Positions 28,740-38,063 of a DNA stretch of 64,000 nt are shown here, piece after piece. Made by a program: the position numbers and the translations under genes. Source of the DNA: Candidatus Latescibacterota bacterium (lineage in GTDB: Bacteria > Latescibacterota > UBA2968 > UBA8231); the NCBI GenBank assembly GCA_965261395.1, contig OZ253462.1, forward strand, positions 5,024,001 to 5,088,000, read 5' to 3'. Under the pieces are notes generated by a model. The model did no database searches. It had not been told where the DNA came from and saw only the letters and a program-made list of their open reading frames with translations. Position 1 is the stretch's first letter, and each line of letters starts with the position of its first letter.

Positions 28740-29309
28740 ATGCTCGACAAATACACCTGCCTCGAAAAACTGGCCGCCAGACGCACGGACCAAGTCGTGG
28801 TCACCACCATGAGCGTGGCCATGCCTTGGGCCGCGCACTCCGACGGCCCGTTAGACTTTGCCCACGTCGAAAGCGCCATGGGCCACGCCGCCGACTTTGC
28901 GCTGGGCTTGGCCATCGCCCGGCCCGAGCGCCGGGTCTTGTGCATCAACGGCGACGGCAGCACCCTCATGTCGTTGGGCGTGCTCGTCACCTTGGCTCAG
29001 CGTCCGGCTGCGAACCTAACCCTCGTCATCACTGAAAACGGCACCTATGAAGTAACCGGCAGCCAGCCCGTGCCCGGTGCAGATTTTATCGACTACGAGC
29101 AAATCTGCCGTGGGGCCGGCCTCCAGCGCGTCTATACCATCGACACCGACGACGACTTCGACGCCAAGCTCGACCAGCACTTTGCGGAGGAAGGCCCGGT
29201 CGTCTTTATCTGGAAAATCGCCCCGGCCACCGAGCCGGTGCCCAAACCGGCCCGACCGATCCGCGAGCGCGCCCAGCGCCTGCGCGCCGCCTTGGTCGGC
29301 GAGGGATAG
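28740..29309 (+). CDS. ThDP-dependent decarboxylase beta-subunit-like (ComE-like)
   Basis: SAMGHA and the ThDP-binding motif GDGSTLM...ENGTYEVTG. Confidence 0.82.
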   Translation: MLDKYTCLEKLAARRTDQVVVTTMSVAMPWAAHSDGPLDFAHVESAMGHAADFALGLAIARPERRVLCINGDGSTLMSLGVLVTLAQRPAANLTLVITENGTYEVTGSQPVPGADFIDYEQICRGAGLQRVYTIDTDDDFDAKLDQHFAEEGPVVFIWKIAPATEPVPKPARPIRERAQRLRAALVGEG

Positions 29310-29320
29310 AGGTACCCACC

Positions 29321-30565
29321 GTGCAATTACCGCAAATGGCCCCCGTTAAGCAGCACTTTGCCAACGACTCGCTAGCCGATGTGGCCGGCGAGGTCCGTCG
29401 CCAGCTAGCGCGCGCCGATCTAGCCGACGTCATTGCCCCCGGTGCGCGAATCGCCGTTACGGGCGGCAGCCGCGGTATCGCCAATATCCCACTCATCACC
29501 CGCACCGTCATCGACTGCGTCAAAGAGGCTGGCGGCAGGCCCTTCCTGCTGCCGGCTATGGGCAGCCACGGCGGCGCTACGGCTGAAGGCCAAAAGCAGG
29601 TGCTGGCCAGTTACGGTCTCGACGCTGAGAGTATGGGCTGCCCGGTCGAGGCGACCATGGATGTCGTCGAGGTCGGCCAACTCGACGACGGCACCCCAGT
29701 GCTGCTCAACCGACTCGCCACCGAAGCCGATGGCGTGGTGCTCATCAACCGCGTCAAGCCGCACACCTCCTTTCGCGGCGTGTTTGAAAGCGGCCTGATG
29801 AAGATGATGACCATCGGCTTAGGCAGCCACAAAGGCGCGACCATCGCCCACGCCGGGGGCGCCGAGAGCCTCGCCCGCCTGATCCCGGCTTGGGGCCGCT
29901 GTATCCTCGACCAAGCGCCGATCCTCATGGGGTTGGCCATCGTCGAAAACGCCTACGAAGAGACCCTCCGCGTCGAGGCCCTGCAACCCGGGCAGTTCCC
30001 AAGCCGCGAGCCGCAGCTTTTGGAGGAAGCGCGGCGCACCATGCCCCGCATCTTAGTCCAAGGCATCGACCTGCTGATCATCGAACAAATCGGCAAGAAT
30101 ATCTCGGGTACGGGCATGGACACCAACGTCGTCGGCCGCATGCTCCTGCCCGGCGTCAAAGAACCGGAGTCCCCGGGCGTGGCTCGCATCGTGGTGCTCG
30201 ACCTGACCGACGAAACCCACGGCAATGCCAACGGCGTCGGGCTCGCCGACATCATCACCCGCCGCCTGCACGAGCGCATCGACTTCAAAGCCACGTACGC
30301 CAACGTCTTCACCACCACCTTCCTCAATCGCGCGTACATACCCGTCGTCATGGCAACCGACCGCGAGGCCATTGAGGCCGCGCTTGCGGTGCAAAACCTC
30401 GCCAACCCCGAACAGGCGCGCGTCGTCCGCATCAAAAACACCCTCGACATCGGCCATATCCAACTCTCCGCGAGCCTGCTGCGGGAGTTCGGCGACCATC
30501 CCGACCTAGAGCAAACCGGTGCCCTAGCCGCGATGGCGTTTGACGAGCACGGCCGCCTCGGTTAG
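29321..30565 (+). CDS. LarA/lactate racemase-domain (DUF362-like) protein
   Basis: TGGSRGIANI, PAMGSHGGATAEGQ, NRVKPHT, ESGLMKM and GKNISGTGMDTNV motifs. Confidence 0.8.
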   Translation: MQLPQMAPVKQHFANDSLADVAGEVRRQLARADLADVIAPGARIAVTGGSRGIANIPLITRTVIDCVKEAGGRPFLLPAMGSHGGATAEGQKQVLASYGLDAESMGCPVEATMDVVEVGQLDDGTPVLLNRLATEADGVVLINRVKPHTSFRGVFESGLMKMMTIGLGSHKGATIAHAGGAESLARLIPAWGRCILDQAPILMGLAIVENAYEETLRVEALQPGQFPSREPQLLEEARRTMPRILVQGIDLLIIEQIGKNISGTGMDTNVVGRMLLPGVKEPESPGVARIVVLDLTDETHGNANGVGLADIITRRLHERIDFKATYANVFTTTFLNRAYIPVVMATDREAIEAALAVQNLANPEQARVVRIKNTLDIGHIQLSASLLREFGDHPDLEQTGALAAMAFDEHGRLG

Positions 30566-30586
30566 TAGACGGTAAAATCCCACACT

Positions 30587-30612
30587 GTAGGGACACCCCT
30601 CGTGGGCGCCTT
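30587..30612 (+). repeat. Degenerate REP-like element GTAGGGACACCCCTCGTGGGCGCCTT
   Basis: Intergenic GTAG followed by an imperfect GC palindrome. Confidence 0.45.
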
Positions 30613-30726
30613 CTATCCATCCAACACAATCGGATCTCTACGCAGTGGGTAGGTACTTATGAAAGAGGACCCGATCACCGATCCGCACCAAGCGAATCGG
30701 ACCTTTTGGGACGCTTCCACCGAGTG

Positions 30727-32304
30727 GGGCACCTTAGCCGATTGTTATGGCACGATTTCGGTACGTATGTGTATATTTTACAGTAACTTGTTCTATTCTT
30801 TTGCCGCCTCCCCCGCGGCACGCTCCCCTCGATTGAGAAAGAAGGGGAGCAATGCCTGCGATTCTCTCTCTGGCGCCCTTTCAGCAGCGGCAGCAGTGGG
30901 CGCGCTTTCGAAGTAGAGCGCATGAAGCCCTGGACGAGTTGCTGGATCGGGTGGAGACGCAAATGAGCGAGCACGGATCTACTCCGCCGACGTTGATGGA
31001 GATTACCGAGGCGGTGTCGCAAGAGCGCTCCGGGCTTACCGCGGCGGTGGTGGAAGCCTTCATCGAACGCCGCCACGGCCAGTTCCTGGCGCAAGAAGAG
31101 GCGGCCTGCCCGAAGTGTGAGCGCGTCCTGCGTGCGCGACCGTCGCGCTCGCGCACGGTGGAGACGCTGCTCGGGCCGGTGCCCTTGGAGCGGCCCTATT
31201 TCTACTGCGTTTCCTGTGAGCACGGCTTTTATCCTTTGGACGAGGCCCTGGGCCTGTCGGGGCACCGCAAGCAGTGGGACGTTCAAAACGCCGGGGTCAA
31301 GCTGGCGCTGGAGATGCCCCACCAGCGCGCCGCGAAGCTGCTGGACGAGCTGACCGACGCGTCGATGAGCGACTGTGTGATTCACGAGGTGCTGCAACAG
31401 ACCGGGTCGTTGGACGTGCTGCAGGTGTGTCCGGACGCGGCCGACATCCAGGATCGCATTGCTCAAGCCGCCGCCGCTCGCAAGTGGCGGCCCATCGTGG
31501 TGTTGGCCATCGACGCGGCCGACGTGCCCAGTCGTCCCGAGACCGCCAAAGGGACTCGTCCGGGGCGCAAGAAGAGCCGGGCTCGGCGAAGGCGTTGGCA
31601 GGGTGAATACCACGAAGCCAAGGGCTTTCGCTTCTACCTGGTAGACGATGAGCGCATCGAGCAGCTGATCTCCTGGCACCAGATGGGCGACGAACAGGCC
31701 TTCGGCTCGGCCTTGCGCCAGGTCAAGGAGGCGGGGCTGATCCCGGAGGAGCAGGTGCGCTTGTGTGCCATCGGGGACGGAGCCCCGTGGATCTGGAAAT
31801 GGGTGGAGGAACTGTTCCCGAGCGCCCGTCAGATCCTCGACTACTACCATTGTAGCCGCTACCTGCACGCGGTGGCCGAGGCTCAATACGGCACCGATGC
31901 GGCGCGCGCCAGCCATTGGCTGGAAGCGACTCTGGCGCGCCTGTTCTGCGGTGAGGGCACCGGCGTGGTTTGGGGTCTGCAGCGCATGCAGGCGGTCTCG
32001 GAAGAGGCCGAAGAGGCGATCGGCACGGCCTTGACGTACCTGCAAAAGCGATTGCATCAAGTCGATTTCGGCAGCCATCGCAAGGGCGGATACCCGATCG
32101 GGTCGGGTGCGATCGAATCGGCGCATCGCTTCATCGGCCATGTTCGTCTGAAACGCTCGGGCGCTTGGTGGTATAAGGAAAACAGCAACGCCATTCTTGC
32201 CCTGCGTTGCGCCTTGTACAATGGAACGCTTGACCGGGTCTTTCAGCAGTACCGAGACAACCTAAAAACAACCACCAAAACCGTAACAATCACCTAATGC
32301 ACCC
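30727..32304 (+). mobile_element. ISKra4-like insertion sequence (1578 bp)
   Basis: Imperfect 24-bp terminal inverted repeats (GGGCACCTTAGCCGATTGTTATGG vs revcomp GGGTGCATTAGGTGATTGTTACGG, 18/24). 8-bp duplication ACCGAGTG at 30719-30726 and 32305-32312. Confidence 0.92.
30852..32297 (+). CDS. ISKra4/UPF0236-family DDE transposase
   Basis: CPKC...RPYFYCVSC zinc finger; AIDAA, GDGAPWIW, LDYYH and YPIGSGAIESAHR motifs. Confidence 0.92.
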   Translation: MPAILSLAPFQQRQQWARFRSRAHEALDELLDRVETQMSEHGSTPPTLMEITEAVSQERSGLTAAVVEAFIERRHGQFLAQEEAACPKCERVLRARPSRSRTVETLLGPVPLERPYFYCVSCEHGFYPLDEALGLSGHRKQWDVQNAGVKLALEMPHQRAAKLLDELTDASMSDCVIHEVLQQTGSLDVLQVCPDAADIQDRIAQAAAARKWRPIVVLAIDAADVPSRPETAKGTRPGRKKSRARRRRWQGEYHEAKGFRFYLVDDERIEQLISWHQMGDEQAFGSALRQVKEAGLIPEEQVRLCAIGDGAPWIWKWVEELFPSARQILDYYHCSRYLHAVAEAQYGTDAARASHWLEATLARLFCGEGTGVVWGLQRMQAVSEEAEEAIGTALTYLQKRLHQVDFGSHRKGGYPIGSGAIESAHRFIGHVRLKRSGAWWYKENSNAILALRCALYNGTLDRVFQQYRDNLKTTTKTVTIT

Positions 32305-33025
32305 ACCGAGTGGTGGCAGGAACAGGAGGATCAGCGCGGCCTGTGGAGGCGGGCACACCAAGAACCGCGTCTAGTGCTAAGCGAGGCCGAGATGCGCTAT
32401 GTCGCGGATATACAAGGGGTCGAGGTCTGCGTGTTGGGGAGCGGCGACAACGAGGTAGCCTTTGCATTGGCCGGTCTCGGCGGGCGCGTCACCTCCGTCG
32501 ATATTTCCGCGCGTCGCCTAGCCGTAGTCGCAGACCGGGCGCGCACCCTCAATTTCTCCGTGCGGTTTGTGCAAGCGGATGTGACGGACCTATCCGTCCT
32601 CGCGGACGATTCCTTCGGCTTGGTGTACACCGGCGGACACGTGTCCGTGTGGGTTGCAAACATCCAACAGTACTATGAGGAAGCCGGGCGCATCCTCGCA
32701 CCGGGAGGCCTTTTCGTCGCGCACGAGTACCACCCCATGCGGCGGATGTGGGAAGATGCCGACAGCTACGAGCCCCGCTATCGCTATCTAGATCGCGGTC
32801 CCCATCGCAGCTCTTCGACATTCGAATACCACTGGACGGTTGCCGATCACGTGCAGGCCGCTATCGATGGTGGCTGCCGCATCGTCGAGGTCGTCGAATA
32901 CGGAGAGCAAATCGAGGAAGAACAGTGGCTGGAGAAAATGCCCGCGCATTTGTTGATCGTCGGGCGGAAGGAAGGGAGCGCAGGATAGAAGGATATGCCG
33001 GCGGCACTAGACGGGATTACTTAGC

Positions 33026-33630
33026 CTATTTTCTAATTTGATAGTCATTCCATTTTTTAGATTTTCCATAAAATGTTTTTAATGCTCTCTTCAATTGAGG
33101 GTCATTGATTGCGTCTATCCAGACTTCATAGCTCGCCGACCAAACATCACATTCGTTTGCTTTCGCTAGTACACCATCCATATCTTTATCTTTTTTAAAT
33201 TTTTCCTCATACTGATTAAATCTATCTCTGATTTGTTGCGTCATAAATTTTTTATTAATTTGCTCATCAATTTTGTACTTCTCAAGTGTCTCTTCAGGTG
33301 CAACAACTGCGAAGAAAATTTTACAGGATGTGTCTTTTGTTACATAAGCAATACAAGCCAAACTGCGGCTTGCCTGATTATAATTTTTAGCATGTGTTAC
33401 ACCTTGTCCCAAATTACTCCCCATCTTCGCTTCAACGAGGCCAAATAGGTTAGGATTGTTTTTTAACTTGATTTCCGAGTTATATTCAAATTATCTTCAA
33501 TTGAAAACTTAACTAACAACCGAGTCATCCATCCCTCATTGTATATTTGAGTAGGATTTAAATTCGACTGTTTCTGATCTATACTATCAATAATTCCGTT
33601 TATACCGCACAATTCCGTGCGAGTTTCCAT
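33026..33630 (-). pseudogene. AT-rich frameshifted gene, putative PD-(D/E)XK nuclease
   Basis: 5' part METRTEL...IYNEGWMTRLL stops at 33463; continuation in another frame ...FGLVEAKMGSNLGQG...NYNQASR (ExK motif). Strongly AT-rich. Confidence 0.5.
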
Positions 33631-33661
33631 AATATTTATCTTTCGATTAAATGAAGTCGGA

Positions 33662-35716
33662 TTACTCCAATAACGCCTTGAGCAACGCATCTGGCACATC
33701 GGAATAAAACAGGATATTGATTCGCGTCGCCATGTCATCCGACAGTTCGAATAGCTGCTTTCGCGCCAACACCGGCATCAGCAGGGTATCTACCCCCCTA
33801 TCAATTGCGATATCAACGACGCTGACCGCATTGGCCAACGGTTCTACCGACCCTCCGAGATTGAGAGCACCGACAACAACTAGGCCACCTTTCGTACCCT
33901 TCTCAAGCAACCCACTACAAAGCGCCATTAGTGCCGGCAGCCCCAGCGCGGTGCCCCTATGATCATTATCCATTGCACGAAGCTGCACGGAAAACTCGTG
34001 TAAATGCGGGTCCCGGTCTCCAACGAGTTCTGCTGCCCGAGTATACAAATTCTGTTCCGCGTACCTGACGCTTTCACGGAAAGCAGGCGGGGCTGGGGTA
34101 TTCAGTATCCTGACACCGTCCCCTCTCCCGACCGTTACTTCAATACGATAGAGACTCGGGCCTGTTTCAGGCTCGCCAGGGCTAATGCCCCAAACTTGGC
34201 CGGGCGGCAAGGGATCCAAGTCAATGGCTTCGTCGCTGTGGAGTTCCGGCGTCGAGACGAACTGTTCGATGCCGTCCTCACCAATCGAGTAACTGAAATG
34301 AGTGTTCCGGAACTCGCTTTTGAATACCCGTTTCTGTTGTTCCTTGACCCGACGACGGGCTTCCAAAGCCATGCGAACCATATCTTCTAGCTCATCGTCT
34401 GGCACCTCCATTTCCGGATCTGGATAGAGCAGTTTCAACAGTCCGCTTACAGTCTTGTTGACGGCGGTAATGTCTCGTCCGCTCAGAGCACCACCATAAT
34501 TTACGCGCCCTTGCAGCACTGAAATGCGGCTGCCATCACGGAGTCGGCTCCAGCATTCGGACAGAAAATCAGAGACCAAGCCGAAGTGATCCGTGAAATG
34601 TTCGTTCGGGTTAAGTTTTGGGAAATCCCATCCCGGCACGTAGGCATGGATGCGATCCATGAACGCCGTATCTTCCCTCATCTCGGACGGCAGCGGGCTC
34701 AGGAGATGGCCGACGCGCTGTTGATGTTCGACATCGACATTCAGATTGCCAACCATCACGATGCCGCCGTCCGCGCGTATGCTCTCCTTGCCGCGAGAAA
34801 ATTCACCGGACTCCATGTAGCCTTTCAGGATGTTCACGCCATCCTTCTGATCGAAGGACACGCCAGAGATCTCATCGAAGCAAACCACGTCGTACTGACA
34901 CACCAGACCGCGTTGGCCAGAGGCATTGTTGACGAACATCTTGGCGACGGTCGCCTTGCCACCGGAGACTAGGTGTGCGTATGGGGAAATTTGCTGGAAC
35001 AGATGGCTCTTGCCGGTACCACGCGGTCCTAGCTCGACGAGGTTGTAGTTGCGCTCCACGAACGGAACCATCCGTATCAGAGCGACCAATTGGGCGCGCT
35101 CCGACAAGGCGGCCGGCTCTAAGCCTATACTGCGAAGCAAAAGATCCGTCCATTCCTCCTTGGTAAACTCGCGTCGGGCACGTTGAAGTGCATCGAGCAC
35201 ATCGGCTTTCGATAACTGAATTGCCCGGAGGCCGTCGATGGCAAATGGACGACCTCCCTGTTCCAGCGCGATCACCGCGTCATAGCCCAACGTCACTTCC
35301 GCATAGAAACCATCGGTCAACATGCGTTCATGCTGCTTGACCAAGTCGTCGTCTATCCGTACGCCCCTGATAGCAAGACTTGGCAGTTCGGCAATAAATG
35401 AGTCCGTTTTCGCGTCTAGCTTCGCCTTGATGATATCTATTAGCTTGATGGAGCCCTGTTCCCGAGATCTAGCTTTGAACAGTTCCTCTTCGCCCGTTCT
35501 GACGGTGCGATCCGCTAATTGACGCTCGACGATCTCCAGCCCTTCGGCGATTTCCTGCTCGTCCGTACTCGCGCAGTAACGCCCTAGAAGGAACTCAACC
35601 ACATAGGTCGGCACCGGATATTGGCGGCTGTACTTGCGCACTAGATCCTTGCGGACCAAGTAGCCGTCAAACGCCGATGCAGCTAAACGATCCAACTTGT
35701 CGAGTTCTACACTCAT
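33662..35716 (-). CDS. brxL: BREX AAA+/Lon-like protein BrxL
   Basis: VRKDLV, VPTYVVEFLLGRYC, Walker A ELGPRGTGKS, FDEI, KGYMESGEFSRG and AFMDRIH motifs; C-terminal Lon-like domain. Confidence 0.95.
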   Translation of the reverse strand: MSVELDKLDRLAASAFDGYLVRKDLVRKYSRQYPVPTYVVEFLLGRYCASTDEQEIAEGLEIVERQLADRTVRTGEEELFKARSREQGSIKLIDIIKAKLDAKTDSFIAELPSLAIRGVRIDDDLVKQHERMLTDGFYAEVTLGYDAVIALEQGGRPFAIDGLRAIQLSKADVLDALQRARREFTKEEWTDLLLRSIGLEPAALSERAQLVALIRMVPFVERNYNLVELGPRGTGKSHLFQQISPYAHLVSGGKATVAKMFVNNASGQRGLVCQYDVVCFDEISGVSFDQKDGVNILKGYMESGEFSRGKESIRADGGIVMVGNLNVDVEHQQRVGHLLSPLPSEMREDTAFMDRIHAYVPGWDFPKLNPNEHFTDHFGLVSDFLSECWSRLRDGSRISVLQGRVNYGGALSGRDITAVNKTVSGLLKLLYPDPEMEVPDDELEDMVRMALEARRRVKEQQKRVFKSEFRNTHFSYSIGEDGIEQFVSTPELHSDEAIDLDPLPPGQVWGISPGEPETGPSLYRIEVTVGRGDGVRILNTPAPPAFRESVRYAEQNLYTRAAELVGDRDPHLHEFSVQLRAMDNDHRGTALGLPALMALCSGLLEKGTKGGLVVVGALNLGGSVEPLANAVSVVDIAIDRGVDTLLMPVLARKQLFELSDDMATRINILFYSDVPDALLKALLE

Positions 35717-38058
35717 GAATAACCCCCTACGATTACAGCCTGTTTTGCCAGCACATTACCGCCATCATCCAGTACGACGACCACAGCCGATTTGCCCTCC
35801 AAATCGTCGTCTTCCACTAGCAGGCTTGTCGAGCCTTCGGCATTCACTGTGCGCACACCAGTGATGCTAGAATCGGCATTGTTGACCTCGGTACGCACAT
35901 CAACGGACCACCCTAGCTGAGCCGGCTCGATCCGCACTCGACAGCGGAACCCAACCCAAGACACCTCTGCGATCTGTGGAGCCGTTGCTTCTGGTGCCGT
36001 TCCGCCTGTCACGCTGATGACCGGAATCAAGCCCTCTTGCAGACTCAAGCCGCCGTGTGCGTACTTGTGGCCTTCTGAGAAGCAGGCAATGCCAGGCGCA
36101 ACCGCGACCCGTTCCTCGACATTCCAGTTCCAGGGGACGGTGGGAACTTCGACATTGGAGCCCCCCTTTATCACGGCGCACCGAGCCCAGCGGCTCTCGG
36201 TCAGGTACCTCGGCAGCTCAACCTTCGGCAATCCGCCGGGTAGCCAGAGCCAACCATGATCCGTTACCACCCGAACCTCATCCCAACCCGCTTTGAGGAG
36301 GGACTCGATACGTTCAAGAAGCAACTCAATCTGACCGTGGACTTGCCCCGCGAGTTTGTCTTGCAGCGAGTGTCCCTGCGTGTCCAGATTGCCGCTCTCG
36401 GTCCAACCACGGCTTGATGGATCGCCTGTTTCATCCGCGCTCAGGTATTGGTAGCCAGCGGCGGTCAATAGCTTGCGGAACTGATGTGTAGTCAATGGCT
36501 GCCCTGCATCCGCGATCGCGGGAGAGAAGTCCTCTCCGAGCGAGAGGCCCTTGACACTCTGGGAGATGGGCGAAACCGCTGGCTTGGCGGTCGCGGTTAC
36601 GCTCGGTAGCCCCGCCCATCTAGTCTGCAGAGTCACTGACCAACCCTTGATGTGCATCCGTTCTACAAGTCGCTGGGAGATATCGAATCGAAGGCCATCT
36701 GCAAAAAGAATTACTCCACCTAACTCTACCACGACATCTTTTAGCCCCTGAGCTTCCTGCCCCGGCAGGGGGTCTCTTTCAGCCAGTTTCTGTAGGTGCT
36801 CGGCGGCAGACTCCAGCCAAGACTTGTAGATGACATCCAAGGTCTTGCTCACGGCCTGCATGTCAGCAGCCGTCTTCACCGTGGCCATCGCAGACAGCGC
36901 GGCAGCATCAACCTTCCAAGCTGTATCGACGTACTGATCCGCCATCTCCGCCGTGGATGCACCGCCAAGCCCCGTAGCCGTGTGCTCGGCCAGTACCGCC
37001 AAGTGCGCGAGCGCACGGGCAAGCGGAGCTTGCTCCAGCTTGGCCCAAACCCAATCTCGCCTAGGGCCATGCTGTGTCTCAAGTTGCCGTACTAACTCAC
37101 GTGCTTTGGCAGGCGTCGAATGTTCCAAGGCGAGCAACGCTTGCCGCAACTCCTGCTCTTCCTTCTCGTTCACTTGGGGCCAGGAAGAACGCTCTACGAA
37201 CAATTCACTCGGCATGGCCTTCCGCAAGAGTGCGGGAATTCCCGGATAGAGCACAGGAGACTCCGCGAACCGCCCCCACACCACTGCCCACGGGTCTTCC
37301 CGCTTGCCCAGCAGTTCAGCACCGACCAACGCGCCGTCCCTGTCTGGGTCGAACTTGTAATCATCTTGGCAGCACGATTTGAAGGCACTCCAGCGGCTAT
37401 CGCTCCATTGGGACTTAACCGTTTCCGGCTCATTCAGCCAGCGCAGCAGATCCCTGACTATATCGTCGGAAAAGAGCCGGTTGAAGTCCTCCGCCTCAAG
37501 ATGCTTGCCGGTTAGATGCTCTACTGCCGTCGTAGCTAACTCCTCCAACGCGCCGAGCATTGCCTGTCGAGTGGCATCATCGCGCGCGAGGTCCAGGCCA
37601 AGCCCTCCGTCCTCGGACACAAGAAATGCCTCGACCGTCCAGTCCTTGCCGTTCTTTTGAGTCCAACAGACCCCGCGATACTGAAGCTCGACCAGCGGCT
37701 TCAGGTTGTCTGGGCACTCCTGGACCGCCCGGAGCTTCTGCCGGCTAACGTGGGGGAGGTATAGAATCGGAGGATTCTCTTCGAGCCATTCAATGTTTGG
37801 CAACGCCCGGTCCACTGCACTTCGCAGCCAGATCGCCGGGCCGGTGCGTTGATCTGGCTGGTATTCCCCGAGCGTCAGGAGGTGCGGCAGCAGTTGCCGG
37901 AGTAGAGGAATAATAGGCTGCCACTGAGCCTCCTGATCCGTCCACAGGATGGCGCACGGACGCACGGCGTCATTTGGGTTGTACCTGACCGCATCCTCAA
38001 GGGAACGAATCAATGCCTCAGTTACCGTTAATCTCGAGTGGTCGGCCTGAATCTCCAT
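35713..38058 (-). CDS. pglZ: BREX phosphatase PglZ (type B-like)
   Basis: FADGLRFD, LPSVTATAKP, VVTDHGW and YAHGGLSLQE motifs. Alternative GTG start at 38067. Confidence 0.93.
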   Translation of the reverse strand: MEIQADHSRLTVTEALIRSLEDAVRYNPNDAVRPCAILWTDQEAQWQPIIPLLRQLLPHLLTLGEYQPDQRTGPAIWLRSAVDRALPNIEWLEENPPILYLPHVSRQKLRAVQECPDNLKPLVELQYRGVCWTQKNGKDWTVEAFLVSEDGGLGLDLARDDATRQAMLGALEELATTAVEHLTGKHLEAEDFNRLFSDDIVRDLLRWLNEPETVKSQWSDSRWSAFKSCCQDDYKFDPDRDGALVGAELLGKREDPWAVVWGRFAESPVLYPGIPALLRKAMPSELFVERSSWPQVNEKEEQELRQALLALEHSTPAKARELVRQLETQHGPRRDWVWAKLEQAPLARALAHLAVLAEHTATGLGGASTAEMADQYVDTAWKVDAAALSAMATVKTAADMQAVSKTLDVIYKSWLESAAEHLQKLAERDPLPGQEAQGLKDVVVELGGVILFADGLRFDISQRLVERMHIKGWSVTLQTRWAGLPSVTATAKPAVSPISQSVKGLSLGEDFSPAIADAGQPLTTHQFRKLLTAAGYQYLSADETGDPSSRGWTESGNLDTQGHSLQDKLAGQVHGQIELLLERIESLLKAGWDEVRVVTDHGWLWLPGGLPKVELPRYLTESRWARCAVIKGGSNVEVPTVPWNWNVEERVAVAPGIACFSEGHKYAHGGLSLQEGLIPVISVTGGTAPEATAPQIAEVSWVGFRCRVRIEPAQLGWSVDVRTEVNNADSSITGVRTVNAEGSTSLLVEDDDLEGKSAVVVVLDDGGNVLAKQAVIVGGYS

Positions 38059-38063
38059 GGTGT

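Larger units (their letters stand above)
30659..32988 (+). pseudogene. Class I SAM-dependent methyltransferase interrupted by an IS
   Basis: Removing the IS and one target-site copy joins MKEDP...FWDASTEW in frame to WQEQEDQRG...VCVLGSGDN...VTSVDIS...RILAPGG. Confidence 0.88.

Noticed and set aside
30675-32141. 488-aa minus-strand ORF
   Set aside because: Antisense to the transposase and has no recognisable motifs.
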